Positions 26,476-40,373 of a DNA stretch of 64,000 nt are shown here, one piece after another. The notes under the pieces are model-generated. The model saw only the letters and a list, made by a program, of their open reading frames with translations. It was not told where the DNA came from and ran no database searches. This DNA is from Octopus sinensis (taxonomy: Eukaryota), in assembly GCF_006345805.1 (NCBI RefSeq), contig NC_043008.1, forward strand, positions 56,668,001 to 56,732,000. Direction: 5' to 3'. The position numbers and the translations under genes are program-made. Position 1 is the first letter of the stretch; each line of letters opens with the position of its first letter.

Positions 26476-29399
26476 CAAGAAATTTCTAACCTTTTCAGAC
26501 GTGGAAATTCAAAGTGGAGAGGTCGTGTTCGCTGGTTCTCAAACTATTTAAGTGACTCTTGACAACCCCTAGAATTCTACAACAAAATCGTGCACAGAAA
26601 TACGATCAAGTAGTATGTAATTTTCTTCGCAATTATCGATCGTCAGGTTAAGAAGCTTCATTAATTGTTCTCAATTTCTATATGCTTTTTTTTTTAATGA
26701 AAGGCTTGGTGATGAATCATGACGAGCAAGGTCGATGTTATTTCTGTTCATAGAAAATCGATATTAACGGTTAGTCGCAATGCATGCTATAGCAGGAAAA
26801 CACGTCGTGACACTCATGATTAGAAATTGGAACGATAAAGATGTGCTAAACAAGTGTATATAAAAATAGACTGAGTTCATTTTAGGAACAATGAATCTTG
26901 AAGCAAATAAAGCTATAAAAATAGCGTGTATGCACTGGATTAGAAACTCGTTGAATAGAAAGAAGTCGAAGTTTGATCGTGGACATGAATCCACATCTCC
27001 TGTGGATTCAGTCTGCTTTATAAGCAGTTGATCTATGCTATTCATTGGGAGATGAAGAAGCGTACGCCTACTCTGATGAGCAACCAACAAACAAAAATCG
27101 ATTAACCAAATGATTAATTAGTTAATTATCTCGTAATCATAATGGAATGGAATGCAACCAATGCATTAATTTCGCATTGGCGAAATAAATGTCCCAGTGT
27201 ACCTCAACCTGAATGTTCAACATAGACTTCACGTTAAGAATTTTACAACCAAACTAGAAGCACGAAATATTAAGAGTGAATCTTTAAATGGTGTGTTATT
27301 GCGTATTTTGAACATTTTAATTATTTTGACTATTGTAAAGGCTCTAAAAGTGGAGGTACAATGGCCCAGTGGTTAGAGCAGCGGACTCGTGGTCAAAGGA
27401 TCGCGGTTTCGATTTCCAGACCGGGCATTGTGAGTGTTTATTGAACGAAAACGCCTAAAGCTCCGCGAGGTTTCGGCAGCGGTAGGTGGTGAACACTGCT
27501 GTACTCTTTCACCACAACTTTCACTGTTTCTGTTGTAGCTGTATTTCAAAGGGCCAGCCTTGTCACACTCTGTGTGAAATTTTCCTGGTTTCTATGACAT
27601 ATATCCAAGAACATAACATTCCGCTTGAACGAGACGCCAGGCTTTGGAACTGTTATTCACTTACAGCTGAGGAGAGAGGTAGAATGTTTTGTTCAAGAAC
27701 GCAATGCACAGCCCGGTCCTGGAATCAAAACTGCGATCTTGCGATCGTACCACTCTGACCACTAGGTCACGTGCCTTCACACAAGCGATTATATATAAAT
27801 CAAAAATAATTTGGTGAATTACAAGATTCGTTAGTGTCGGATAAAATGCCACTATTTAGTTCTCAGTTCAAATGTAGTCGAGATCAATTTTTACTTTCAT
27901 CCCTCCCGAGACTACGAAATAAATTACAAATCAAACATTGGAGTTGATATCATTGGCTAGTTTTCCCTTCCCTCCAAATAGCTGGTCTTATGTCTAAATG
28001 ACAAATTGAACATAAATTGAAACATTGAATTTTATTCAATCCTTGAAGGTGTTTTTAAAACAACTCTATACTAAATTATATAATTCAAAGTATGTTAGCT
28101 CGAATTAGTTGCAAAATTTTGTGAAAACCGAATGTTTTATCAGTCAATGTAATCAACATCCCTTTCATATGTTAACATGACAGCATTCAATTTACAAATA
28201 TATATTGAAATTTATTAAAGCTTACAAATAACGTTAAATTACAACTATTTTAAATGTAACAAAACAAAAAGTATCCAGATTTATGACGATACCAATAACT
28301 CCAGATTTAATACGATAATCGACATTGTTAATTCCACTCCGAGAATTAGCAACTTGTTTAATCATTTTAGTATAGAATTATGGGTTTGATATCCCAAGGA
28401 GAACATTAAAAGATTCTGTAATTGCTTTCTGAGGATGAATATTTATTTGAGTAAAATGTTAAAATAAGAATCCCCAATGTCCATTAATATTTTATTGCCA
28501 TTCTAAATACATTTCAGGATTGATATGATAAAAGGGAAAACATATTCAATTGAATGAGATCGACACTAAAATCTAAATTCCATTAACGTGTAGCATGAAA
28601 TACAACCATCTGAAGAACTGCGGAATTGTTTTTCAATATGGACGAATATGCATTGAAATGGTCTCTGATTAAATTGGTATTATAATATGTAACAACAAAC
28701 ATCCAGGGAATGTTAAAACGATTATTATAGCAGTTAAACTCGAATATAACCTTGCTTGAAATTTTGGTTTCAAATTTCGGCACAAGGCTAGTAATTCTTA
28801 GCTGATTTTGCATCTGTGAGATCCTCGAGCTCTTAAAGGACCCTACATACATGCATCTTTCAAAACCAGCTAAGTAATGGAACCTGTTCACTGCTAGCAT
28901 GAAATACTCTTGTAAATTCTATGTTACGCCACTTCAAATTATTTATTAAATCTCAAGTATAGTGTTCGCTAGCACTTCCATTTCACAATTAGTGCTGAAC
29001 TTATACTTATTTTATCGACTCCGAAGGGATAAAAGGCAGAGTAGACCTCGGTAACATTTGAACTAAAAAATAAATTGAGCCAGGTTTCAAATTCTGGCAA
29101 GCAACCAGAAAATTTTAGGGAAAAAAATGAATATGTCGAGTACATTGACATCAGTACTAAACTGGTAAGTACTTTATCGATTACGAAAGCATAGAAAACA
29201 AAGTCGACCAGCCCAGAATTTGATCGTAGAACATGAGTTGTAGAAATATTGCAGCTCTTTTTCTGACATTCTAACGATTCAGCCAACTTACCACCTTACT
29301 TGCTTGAAAGAATAAATGAAAAATATAATGTTTGGGATTTTCTTTGCTTCTTACTCCATACTGTGCTGAGTGTGAGAGAAAGGGCTGAGCATATGACCC

Positions 29400-29830
29400 T
29401 TGCCTAACCTACCTCGTGAATGGAGAGACTGTTGCCCTTATTACTGATACCGTTTAAATTATTGCAGCTCTTACCTGTTGGAAAGACATCAGATGCAAGT
29501 TGATTCCACTGGGCCAATGACCCGAGGGTGAGGAAATGGGCATGAAGGACAGTACGCAAGTGCGACGAGACGTAGGGAAATGAGTGAGTCAAAGTTACTC
29601 GAGAGGCGGGGGTACGAGGTCAGCCAGTATCGATCGAAATGCAAGGGTCATAGTAGTAGCAAAAGAAATGACAGTGAGGGAAAAAAAAGCTCGCTCGTAG
29701 AACAGAGCGTGGAATATGTCTATTAGTGATGGAATGCCAAGCAGCCGAATATCTTCTCTGTATGCGATCCAAGATATTAGTTTGCATAACAGCATCACCT
29801 CCGTTGTAATATGTTTGGACACAAGGGTCG
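29400..29830 (-). mobile_element. Decayed CR1-like LINE 3' fragment
   Basis: ORF-track peptides include RTVLHAHFLT...QWNQLASDVFP, resembling the R....F..R...WN.LP..VFP LINE terminus. Confidence 0.5.
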
Positions 29831-30479
29831 AGAGCTTACCGAAGCATTAAGTACGTTGAATGTTGTGGCGTTTCTCCCGGCTCTTTACATTCTGAGTTCT
29901 AATTCCTGTTTTCAGGGTCAATAAAATAAGTACTATGGAACACATATAACTGACTTGCTCATTCCTCTAAAAACTGCTGGCCTTGTGCCAAAAATGATAA
30001 AGAATATATTAAAGGGATAATAATGCTATTAAGCTATTTTTACCAATTTCCTTATTTGCATGTTATATTTTGTGTGGAAAAATCCATTTCCCTAACATAT
30101 TGGTTTATTCACGTTTCAAGACCATATTAGTCCCGGCATTAGAAACAAAGGACGATAATAATATGTTGTTCTCATGCATTGCTATAAATCACAAAGAATC
30201 ATAGAAATGCTGTTGTAAGGCTGTCAACGCCGGAAATGAAAATTATACAAGTTGTAATTTAAATATCGAAGATATAATCTCCGTAAAACAAACTCTTACA
30301 CCAACACACTCTCTTACGATGGACATACACTTGCAACAAAGAATCAGCGCAGCTCAATGTAATGCAGAACACGAGATGAAATCAAATATATAAATACAGG
30401 GTAGGCCAAATACCACGCACCAAAACGTTTGACATTTTCTTTGCTACGTTATTTTGCTTTGGCTTAGGTTAGGTTTTAT

Positions 30480-30720
30480 TCTTGGTAGGATTTATATGGA
30501 TAGCGGGTTACTACCAGTAACTTCAGGTGTCCACTAATTTTGAGCAGTCTTTCAAGTGCTTCAGAACTCTCCCGATAATACTTGTTGTACCTAAGAGACA
30601 AACTTTCAGTAGGATCTTTACTGGGCATTCTATTTCGATCTCCTTCAGCCATTTGTCTATATCTTTGCTTAATGTTATCAACACACTAATCATTATATTC
30701 ACGAGCCTTACTGTTCGCAT
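30480..30720 (-). mobile_element. RLE-type LINE C-terminal fragment
   Basis: ORF 30523-30720: ITLSKDIDKWLKEIEIECPVKILLKVCLLGTTSIIGRVL, matching the LQK..LLGTA.I.R.VL terminus. Confidence 0.65.
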
Positions 30721-31543
30721 GCTCCAAATTCTTCCTATTTCAAATTTTAAGGCATTGTATTTTTTCTTTCCCTTTCTTTACGATTCTGGAACCAAATGGG
30801 ATTGATGTGCAATATTAAATGAGTTGGTGCGTGACTTAGATTCCACACTGTATTAGTTAATAGGACTATCAGTTTACATACAAGTTCACGAAATGAAAAC
30901 AATAGCTATGGAAGATTTCCTTGTAAAATACAAACTAAATATCAACAAAGATATACGTAAAATATATTATGACGAGTATAAAGATTTAACAGTTGTGTAA
31001 TTTTTTGTTAAATCTGTCATTAATAGATTTATCAGTTTGAAAAGTATTAGAAAATAGCGAATATATTATTTTATTTTTAGTAATTGGCTAGAATAATTAA
31101 ACAGCGACCATGCTGTCGCAACGCGTTTTATGGTTTGGGAAACTTACGTATGGACTTAGTCTATGTCATTAAATTTATTTGAGTTAACAAATTAGTAACG
31201 AATTAAAACTGCGGAATATTCGGCCATTTACACGTTATTTCAGATGCAGTTAATTCATTTGACCGTACAACTCAAATCCACAACACACACACACAACCCC
31301 ACAGACACCCACATATACGTGCACATTGACATATGCATATAAAAGTATTTATGTATGTTTATTTGTTTTATACATAAGTATATAAATATAGATATGTATA
31401 TAACAACATAAACCCACATAGATACAAATTTATATAAATATACATACAATTGAAGAATAGGATAAAATCTTTATGAGAATTTATCAAGTAGTTAGCGTGA
31501 AAAACGCCTTAAAGGGAAATCTATTAATTATTCATTTTAAATG

Positions 31544-31703
31544 TATTTATTTATATTAAGGGCATTGCTATACATAAATGCCTCACGCTAGGAGGCAAAC
31601 TACCATGATAAACACATTGTATTTATTATGGTAGTTTTGACTTTAAGATTCCATCCTAGCATGAGGCATTTATGTATAGTAATGCCCTTAATATAAATAA
31701 ATA
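31544..31703. repeat. Short MITE-like hairpin (50-bp arms plus inner 16-bp stem)
   Basis: 31544-31593 vs 31654-31703, two mismatches. Inner stem AAACTACCATGATAAA/TTTATTATGGTAGTTT. Confidence 0.8.
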
Positions 31704-32161
31704 TACATACATGTATTATGTATATATATCTAGATGAATACGCATTGCTTATGCAAACTTTCATATAAATATATTTATACATTTTAATATGTATATTGTG
31801 TGCAAAGATGTGACCTGTCTAAAGATCAGCCGCAGAGTATGCTTAGCAGCGTATTGGTCGTCTTTGCGTTCTGAGTTCAGATTCACCTGAGGTCGACATA
31901 GCCTTTCATCCTTTCAAGGTCCATAAAATAAGTACCAGTTAAGGGGGTGCTGAAAAGTTCCTGGCTTTAAGGATGTTGTGAAAGGCTGGGTTGGAGGCCC
32001 AGTCTTACGTGGTTTTTGTAGGGCTTCAAAGAACTGAAGGACTGCTGCAATATGTGTGAGAATCTGAAAGAGGAATGTGTTGAATAAAATCATAATTAAC
32101 TGATCCTCCTGTATTTTTCAACCCAAAGTCAGGATCTTTTCAGTTAGCCCTCGTGTATGTG

Positions 32162-32222
<61 letters not shown>

Positions 32223-32255
32223 GCTCGCTTAAAACAATCCTACATATATACATAT

Positions 32256-32537
32256 GGAAGCACATGGCCTAGTGGTTAGAGCAGCGGACTCGCGGTCGAG
32301 GGATCGCGGATTCGAATCTCAGACCGGGCGATTTGTGTGTTTATGAGCGAATCACTTAAGCTGGCAGAAGGTGATGGCGAGTTTCTGCTGACTCTTTCGC
32401 CACAACTTTCTCTCACTCTTTCCTCCAGCATCTTGCCACTCGGACCAGCGTTCCGTCCAGGTGGGGACCTATAAGCCATGGAAAGCGGGAAACCTGCCCT
32501 AATGAGCCAGGCATGGCTCGAGAAGGAATAAACAAAA
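32256..32537 (+). mobile_element. SINE family 2 head with alternative tail (ATGAGCC..GGCTCGAGAAGGAA)
   Basis: The same tail occurs at 57527-57842 (minus) and about 16530-16625. Confidence 0.8.
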
Positions 32538-32575
32538 AAGCAAACATATATATATACATATCTACACCATAGGGT

Positions 32576-32955
32576 GGAGGCGCAATGGCCCAGTGGTTAG
32601 GGCAGCGGACTCGCGGTCATAGGATCGCGGTTTCGATTCCCAGACCGGGCGTTGTGAGTGTTTATTGAGCGAAAACACCTAAAAGTTCCACGAGGCTCCG
32701 GCAGGGGATGGTGGTGATCCCTACTGTAATCTTTCACCACAACTTTCTCTCAATCTTACTTCCTGTTTCTGTTGTACCTGTATTTCAAAGGGCCGGCCTT
32801 GTCACTCTCTGTGTCGCGCTGAATATCCCCGAGAACTACGTTAAGGGTACACGTGTCTGTGGAGTGCTCAGCCACTTGCACGTTAATTTCACGAGCAGGC
32901 TGTTCCGTTGATTCGGATCAACCGGAACCCTCATCGTCGTAACCGACGGAGTGCT
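32576..32955 (+). mobile_element. tRNA(Arg)-like-headed SINE, family 2
   Basis: Head GGAGGCGCAATGGCCCAGTGGTTAGGGCAGCGGACTCGCGGTC...GGTTTCGATTCCC. Related heads at 16320, 27352, 32256, 57842 (minus) and 59008. Confidence 0.85.
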
Positions 32956-33394
32956 TCCTCGTAGGATTTTAAGCCTTGCAATATTAACTCATCATAGAGT
33001 GGCATTAGTTATTTCCTCATTTCACGTAATTCCGTGCAGTGGAATAGAACCAGGAATGGTACCATCGCTAAAAACTATACCTACATTACTCTAATTAGTG
33101 CCAGCGTTACTGTAGCATACGGTCAGGTTATAGGCTTTATTCAAAAATAATTATAGAAGTTTTATGGATGTACACCAGCTTAGCGTAAGCCTAAACAGCA
33201 AAACAGAACATCAAATCTAGAAACATACATAAGGATATCGTCTAATCATGCATTTTTTGGACGTGTAATCTCTAGAAGGCAGCATTTCTTCACTAATGAT
33301 CTCAAAACGCCATTTTAACTGATTACATTTTAATGAGAATATGGCTGCATATATCTACATATACACACACACGCATGTATATATATATATATAT

Positions 33395-33441
<47 letters not shown>

Positions 33442-33601
33442 GTATATGTGTATATAAATATATATATATATATATATACATACATATATATATATATATA
33501 CACATATACATATACATATATATATACACACTCATATATACACAGACATGTATTTATATATATATTTATATATATACACAAGTATATGCGCTGATATATA
33601 C

Positions 33602-33645
<44 letters not shown>

Positions 33646-33747
33646 ATGTGTATGTGTGTGAATGTGTTCTCGTGCGTGTGTGTATGTATGTGAGTCTTGT
33701 GTATGTATATCTAGGCTAAGATTTGGAAAAAGAAATAGTCTCCTTAC

Positions 33748-33853
33748 CTTGGAAGTCTACTTTTAATAGATATTGCTTCAAAAGTTCACCGTTAATGGGC
33801 GACATTTTATCACAGAGATGCGGTTTTCCATCGCATAAATCTTGATGCATAGC
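33748..33853 (-). CDS. mGluR-family class C GPCR, internal exon (Venus flytrap C-terminal part: AMHQDLCDGKPHLCDKMSPINGELLKQYLLKVDFQ/G); not in ORF track
   Basis: Manual translation. Acceptor ctgtacAG|GCT, donor CAAG|GTaagg; 106 nt, phase 0 in and phase 1 out. Joins the next exon as G|GA. Matches the mGluR MH..LC....LC..M....G..L..YL..V.F.G motif. Confidence 0.92.
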
Positions 33854-34014
33854 CTGTACAGAGAAATAAAATTGCTCATTAGATTCTGTTAAATCAATCG
33901 AAACACACGACTCATTTCTATTTCGTTTCGTTATATAGCTATAGTCTAACTTTATAGTTTTGAGAACGCATCCCTACCTCACTCAGCTTCGCTCTCCCTC
34001 TCAATCTGTCTCTT

Positions 34015-34048
<34 letters not shown>

Positions 34049-34796
34049 ATCTATCTATCTATCTATTTGCTTTCTTGTATCTCTCCTTCTATCTGCTTAA
34101 CCAACTATTCTCAAGCGAAATTTACGATTATAGAAGGAATATATAATCCCATAGAACTATTGAATGTATAATTCTCAGAATTGGTAACCTATCCGTGATT
34201 TCAGATTGAGTTTTTGAACAGAGGAACAGTAGACAAGATACGTTTGAATGCAGCTTTCTACTATAATAAATGATGGTTAATTAAATGCTATCTTATTAAT
34301 GTTATATCCTTGTACTACTATCTTATTATTATATTATTAATCTACTTATTAATCTTATTAATCTACTTAAGATATTAACCTCATGCGGAATGTATTCATT
34401 TCCAGTAATTATGAGGTAGTGAAATTCGTTAATAATAATAGTTTTAAAAAATAGGCTTTTTACAACGTGTCTTTGATATACGAACTTTCATGGTGCTTAG
34501 AGTAATACTGACTTCAAATTATATCGACCCCATTGTTTAAGTGGTACTTATTTTACCGACCCTGAAAGGGTAAAAAGCTATGTCGACGTCGACGGAATTT
34601 GAACTCAGAACATAATCTTTTCTACTATAGGCACAAGGCCTGAAATTTGGGTGAGGGGAATAGTCAATTACATCGACCCCAGTAGTTCACTAGTACTTAA
34701 TTTATCGACACCGAAAGGATGAAAGGCAAAGCCGACCTCTGCGGAATTTGAACTCGGAACATTATTACGGACAAATTACCGCTAAGCATTATAAAC

Positions 34797-35125
34797 TCCA
34801 TCTAAATTAAGGACCAGGTAGTCTAGGGTTAAAAGGCCCAGAACTCTTCAATTCCCAGCCACAAAAACGTAAGAAATCTGCATAAGATAGAAGTAGATGT
34901 CTTCATAAAGGAACTAGACATCCTCCTCTCCACGATACTGGATGAACCAACAGCCCGACATGAAGTGCAGACGACCGCAGCGGATTCAAACACCCTTATA
35001 CAGCAAATATACCAACAGCTGGGACAAAGACACATACAGGAGTATTGATGTAAAACACTTAGACTGGGAAAAGGGGAAAAACCAAAGTGGTGACCCTGCA
35101 TGACTACGAACGCATTCTGAAACGA
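34797..35125 (+). mobile_element. CR1/L2-type LINE 3' fragment (frameshifted)
   Basis: Translates SLG.KGPELFN / VRNLHKIEVDVFIKELDILLSTILDEPT...AADSNTLIQQ. Confidence 0.7.
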
Positions 35126-35207
35126 GTAAAATAATACACACACACACGCACACACACACACACACCACACACACAACACACACACACACACACACACACA
35201 CATGAAT

Positions 35208-35431
35208 GCGGCGAGGTGGCAGAAACGTTAGCACGCCGGGCGAAATGCTTTGCGGTATTTCGTCTGCCTTTATGTTCTGAGTCAAATTCCGCCGAGGTCG
35301 ACTTTGCCTTTCATCCTTTCGGGGTCGATAAATAATGTACCAGTTTCGCACTGGGGTCGATGTAATCGACTTGAACCCTTTGTCTGTCCTTGTTTGTCCC
35401 CTCTATGTTTAGCCCCTTGTGGGTAGTAAAG
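35208..35431 (+). mobile_element. SINE-like family 3 monomer (GGCGAG.TGGCAGAAACGTTAGC head, GAGT.CAAATTCC B box)
   Basis: Full-length copy. Further copies at about 3950-4290, 22640-23720, 34510-34790, 38165-38600, 50770-50980, 59760-60230 and 61428-61660. Confidence 0.8.
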
Positions 35432-35908
35432 AAATATATATATACACACACACACATATATGTATGTATATATGTGTGTGTGTGTGCATGCATGTGTCTG
35501 TATGTGTGCGCGTATTGTTTATGTGCGTTAGGGAGTTGTGTGTATCTTTTACATATCTATATATTATGTGTATATATTTGGCAGTAAACATACCAAGAGA
35601 AGAAGGGAAATTCATAATAAAATTTGTATTAGTTTCACTATTAAAAAAGAAAAAGAAAACAAAAGAATCAGGCCATCTTTGGCTGGTTATTTCAGAACGT
35701 TACTTTGCCACCATGGGGCACTGTACGACATCCCTGTTCATGGCACCTTAGACAAATGTCATTTCTATGGCCTGTGGTTGATCCATGCTTAAGAGTGCAA
35801 TTGTACAGTAGACAGCTATATTAGAAGTCTATCGGGATGATTGCACCCTTAATTCAAACGGTAGAGCCTTGTCACTGATATTGACTAAGAATCACGTTAA
35901 AGTTACAC

Positions 35909-35988
<80 letters not shown>

Positions 35989-36141
35989 GTGTTTATGTGT
36001 GTGTGTGTGTGTAATGTACAGAGTAATTCAAGCGTAGCAGGTAATCCAGCAGATCGAATAATCGAACTCTCATCGTCGAAAGACAAAAATACACACACAC
36101 ACTGATGTATGTATATATATATATTATATATATATATATAT

Positions 36142-36270
<129 letters not shown>

Positions 36271-38604
36271 TGTATATGTATTTATGTATGTATATTGTTT
36301 GAAAACAGACGTTCATATAAAGAAAATAAATTTTGCTTAAAGATTCTGTTTAAATACTTTTAAAATGAAATATATTTCAATAAGCGCTGGCTTCCCAATT
36401 ATTCAACGTGTGTATACATTTTTCAGGAGACCCTGTGTATGTGCATCGGATTCTTCATACCTTAATGTAACTAAACTGAATTCATTTTAATATAAGACGC
36501 ATGCAACCCTCACACTGTCAGCGGGTTCCGGGCGGCTTATACTTACAACGAATTTAATTTAGCCCAAGGGACGCTGCGTGCGCATGAGTCTTTGTCATTG
36601 AAATATGAAAAATTAATTTCGCTGCTACAAATATAAAGAGTAGATATAATATAAAATTTTATATATAATTCTTTTAACATATTTATAAGTTCAGGATTAT
36701 CCCTAGAGCGAAAACTCATTCAGAAATTTTACATATACATTTTATTGAGAAATTGTTGTTTAAGGCTAAGAATTCTTAGGTTTTCAGCTGCGAGAATAAC
36801 ATTAGCTAACTTTCGCAACATCTAACATGTAATTTTCATATGATAAATTTTAGATTTATAAAACAAAGGTTTTGTAATGAAATTATATACATAATAATTC
36901 ATGTTCACAGATGTATCTCCTGGATATCTATGAATTTATAAATATAATTCTAGAATTTTTACATTGTAAGAATTCTTTGCTTTTCTGACGATAGTTGTGG
37001 GTGAAGGCTTTTAACTCTTATTCTTCAGATGCAACCAAGCATTACACCGCTATTCCATTGTTTTATAAATCTACATATCTGGTTGTTATTTGCATTGAAT
37101 GTGCATACATCTATTTCAGTACAAATTCAGGTGTGCATGTGATTTTTTGTACTTTCATTGGTCATATTAGCAAAGATGTATGTATGCGTATGTTAGAATA
37201 TCTTAGTGCATTAGTGTTTTGTTTATGTGTATAGAGTTGCACGTGGCAAGAGGTTCGCTTCTCAACCAAACAGCGCTTTCGGAATTGAAGGATTAAAATC
37301 TATACTACCATGACTATCTGGTCTTGTACTTATTCTTTAAATTTTTAAACCAATCTCCTACGGTGTGGCCATTATTCCATTGCTGTATCATTGTCATACT
37401 AGTCTCTCTAATTCCGATATTTATTAATTTTTTTTGTTTTTGGCGACTAAACCGATTTCAGTCCTCAGTGAGTTTAACATTTCTACAAAAGGGCTTACTC
37501 TTGAAATTAGGTTGATGATCTTTTAGAGTAAGGAAATCTTCCCTTTTTCTTAAGCAAAAAAAAAAAAAATTAGGTAAAGATATTTGATGTATATATGCGT
37601 GAGTGTATGTGCGTTGTGTGTTTATGTGTGTATAGAAGTTTTCTATTTTTTCCCTTTCCTTCTCGCTATACGTTATGAATTAGATTTTTCTAAATGCTAT
37701 TCTTTAGTTTCGTATTCTTTAGTTTCGTACAACGAAACAGTAAATATTTTATCGGACTAAAATTATGGATTAAATATGTTTTATTCATTCTCAGAGTTAC
37801 CGGTATCTAGTTTGGCAGACATTGTTTCTTTTTAAACATGTTAGCCATTGAATATATGCATTTTATATGTGTGTCTATGTATTTATAACTACTACTACTA
37901 CTACTAACAAGAAGAAGAAGAAGAAGAAGTAGAAGAAGAATAAGAAGAAGAAGAAGAAGAAGGGGTAAACTGCCTGACCAAATCATGGATACATATAAGT
38001 CCGGTTTCCCGGTTTTTGTGACATATATTCCTCACGTGGATGGGATGTCGGTCCATCGCAAGAATATTCATCTTTGCCAGCCGAGTGAAATAGAGTAACG
38101 TGAAATGAAGTGTTTTGCTCAAGATCACAACGCATCAACGGGTCTAGGATTCGAAACCACAATCTTACTACCATGGTTTGAAATTTCGGCACAAGTCCAG
38201 CATTTCCGGGGGGAGGGATAAAGCTATGGCAGCGATCGATCCCGGTGCTCAATTGGTACATATTTTATCCACATCGAAAGAATGAAACGCAAAATCGACC
38301 TCAGCGGAATTTGAACTCAGAACGTAAAGACGGACGAAATGCCGCTAAGCATTATTCCCGACGCAGTAACAATTCTGCCATCTCTCCGTCCTTTTCCTCC
38401 GCTATTAATAATCCTGTCAACTGAAGGCCTCAAATTTTGTGGGAGGGGACTACTGATCACTGGTATTTAACTTATAGACATCGAAAGGATGGAAGGCAAA
38501 GTTGACGTCGATCGAATTTGAACTAAGAACATAGCAGCAGGCGAAATAATGCTGAGTATCTTGCCCGGCGTGCTAACGATTCTGTCCGGTCGCTACCTTC
38601 TTCC

Positions 38605-39255
38605 TCCACTCTTTTACTCTGCTACTTGTTTCAGTCATTTGACTGTGGCCATGCTGGAGCACCGCCTTTTGTCGATCAAACCGACCTCAAGACTTATTCT
38701 TTGTAAGCCTAGTACTTATTCTATCCGTCTCTTTGGCCGAACCGCTAATTTACGGGGACGTAAACACACCAGCATCGGTTGTCAAGCGATGTTGGATGGT
38801 GGTGGTGGTGGGGGGCAAACACAGATACACACACACACACACATGCATATATATATATATATTACTCCTTTACTCTTTTACTCTTTACTTGTTTCAGTCA
38901 TTTGACTGCGGCATGCTGGAGCACCGCCTTTTGTCGATCAAACAGACCTCAAGACTTATTCTTTGTAAGCCCAGTACTTATTCTATCGGTCTCTTTTGGC
39001 CGAACCGCTAAGTGACGGGGACGTAAACACACCAACATCGGTTGTCAAGCAATGCTAGGGGAACAAAACCACAAACATTATATATAATATATACATATAT
39101 ACGACAGGCTTCTTTCAGTTTCCGTCTACCAAATCACTCACAAGGCATTGGTCGGCCGAGGCTATAGCAGAAGACACTGCCCAAGATGCCACGCAGTGAG
39201 GACTGAACCCGAAACCATGTGGTGGTTAGCAAGCTACTTACCACACAGCCACTCC

Positions 39256-39258
<3 letters not shown>
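38605..39258 (-). mobile_element. SINE family 1 copy with tandemly duplicated 3' half
   Basis: 38610-38830 and 38870-39060 are near-identical 3' halves; a single head lies at about 39100-39258. Confidence 0.8.
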
Positions 39259-39289
<31 letters not shown>

Positions 39290-39421
39290 AATATATATAT
39301 ATTGTTATATTTCGGAATGGTCATATTGCCAGTTTAGCCAAATAAAAAACAACACGCACTATATATTTGGTGTATTTTGCTTCAGTGATATTTATTTTTA
39401 CATTAATCTTAATCTTATTTC

Positions 39422-39467
39422 GGGCCAAAGTTCTTTCGTCACACTCCTGTGACCGCATCAGTGGTCC
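39422..39467 (-). ncRNA. Atypical hammerhead-like fold (CTGATGC core)
   Basis: GGACCA-CTGATGC-G-GTCAC(AGGAGT)GTGAC-GAAA-G(AA)C-TT|TGGCCC; A9>C deviation. Confidence 0.5.
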
Positions 39468-39787
39468 TTTGTTTTCTTCTCACTTACTTGTGTCTCTCCT
39501 TACTAACGTCAGCCATTTTTGTATTTCTATTGTATGTCTTCATTTGCGCATGCTTATATCTCTATGTGCGTCTATGTTTATTTAGTGTGTGTGTGGGGGG
39601 ATGCTGTAATATTTGTATCTTCTGGTTATATACATTCTTGTAATTGTATTTTGTTTTTGTTGTTGTTGCTTTTGTTCTAATTTTGTTCATGTGTTTACAT
39701 CCACCCATTATTATCATTACATATGCTTGTATGTATGTATAAAACAATATAGTAATAATAATAATAAATCTAATTGAAAAAAAAAAA

Positions 39788-39818
<31 letters not shown>

Positions 39819-40329
39819 TACACATATAATATATATAGTTATTCATTTCTATTTCTTTAATTATCTGTGTATTTATTATGATTGCAGGATCCACTATCGT
39901 CATATGTTGTGGTGTGCGCTATTGTCCATCTAGTTTTCTATTCAGGCTAGGTTTATTTTCTATTATATATATACGATGGCTTCTTTCAGTTTCCTTCTAC
40001 CAAATCCACTCACAAGACTATAGTAGAAGACACTTGACCAAGGTGCCACGCAATGGGACTGAACCCGGAACCATGTGGTTCGTAAGGAAGCTACTTACCA
40101 CACAGCCACACCTAATTAGAACAAAAGCAACAACAACAAAATCAAAATACAAACTACAAGAATGTATATAACCAGAAGATACAAATATTACAGGCATCTC
40201 CCCCACACACACACTAAATAAACATAGACGCACAAGAGATATAAGCATGCGCAAATGAAGACATACAATAGAAATACAAATGGCTGACGGTTAGTAAGGA
40301 GAGACACAAGTAAGTGAGAAGAAAACAAA

Positions 40330-40373
40330 GGACCACTGATGCGGTCACAGGAGGTGACGAAAGAACTTTGGCC
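40330..40373 (+). ncRNA. Inverted second copy of the atypical hammerhead-like fold
   Basis: GGACCA-CTGATGC-G-GTCAC(AGGAG)GTGAC-GAAA-GAAC-TT-TGGCC. Confidence 0.5.

Noticed and set aside
36545-36625. Strong GTAAGT donor with upstream TAG/CAG acceptor
   Set aside because: In-frame stop in the phase needed to join the 33853 exon; no homology.
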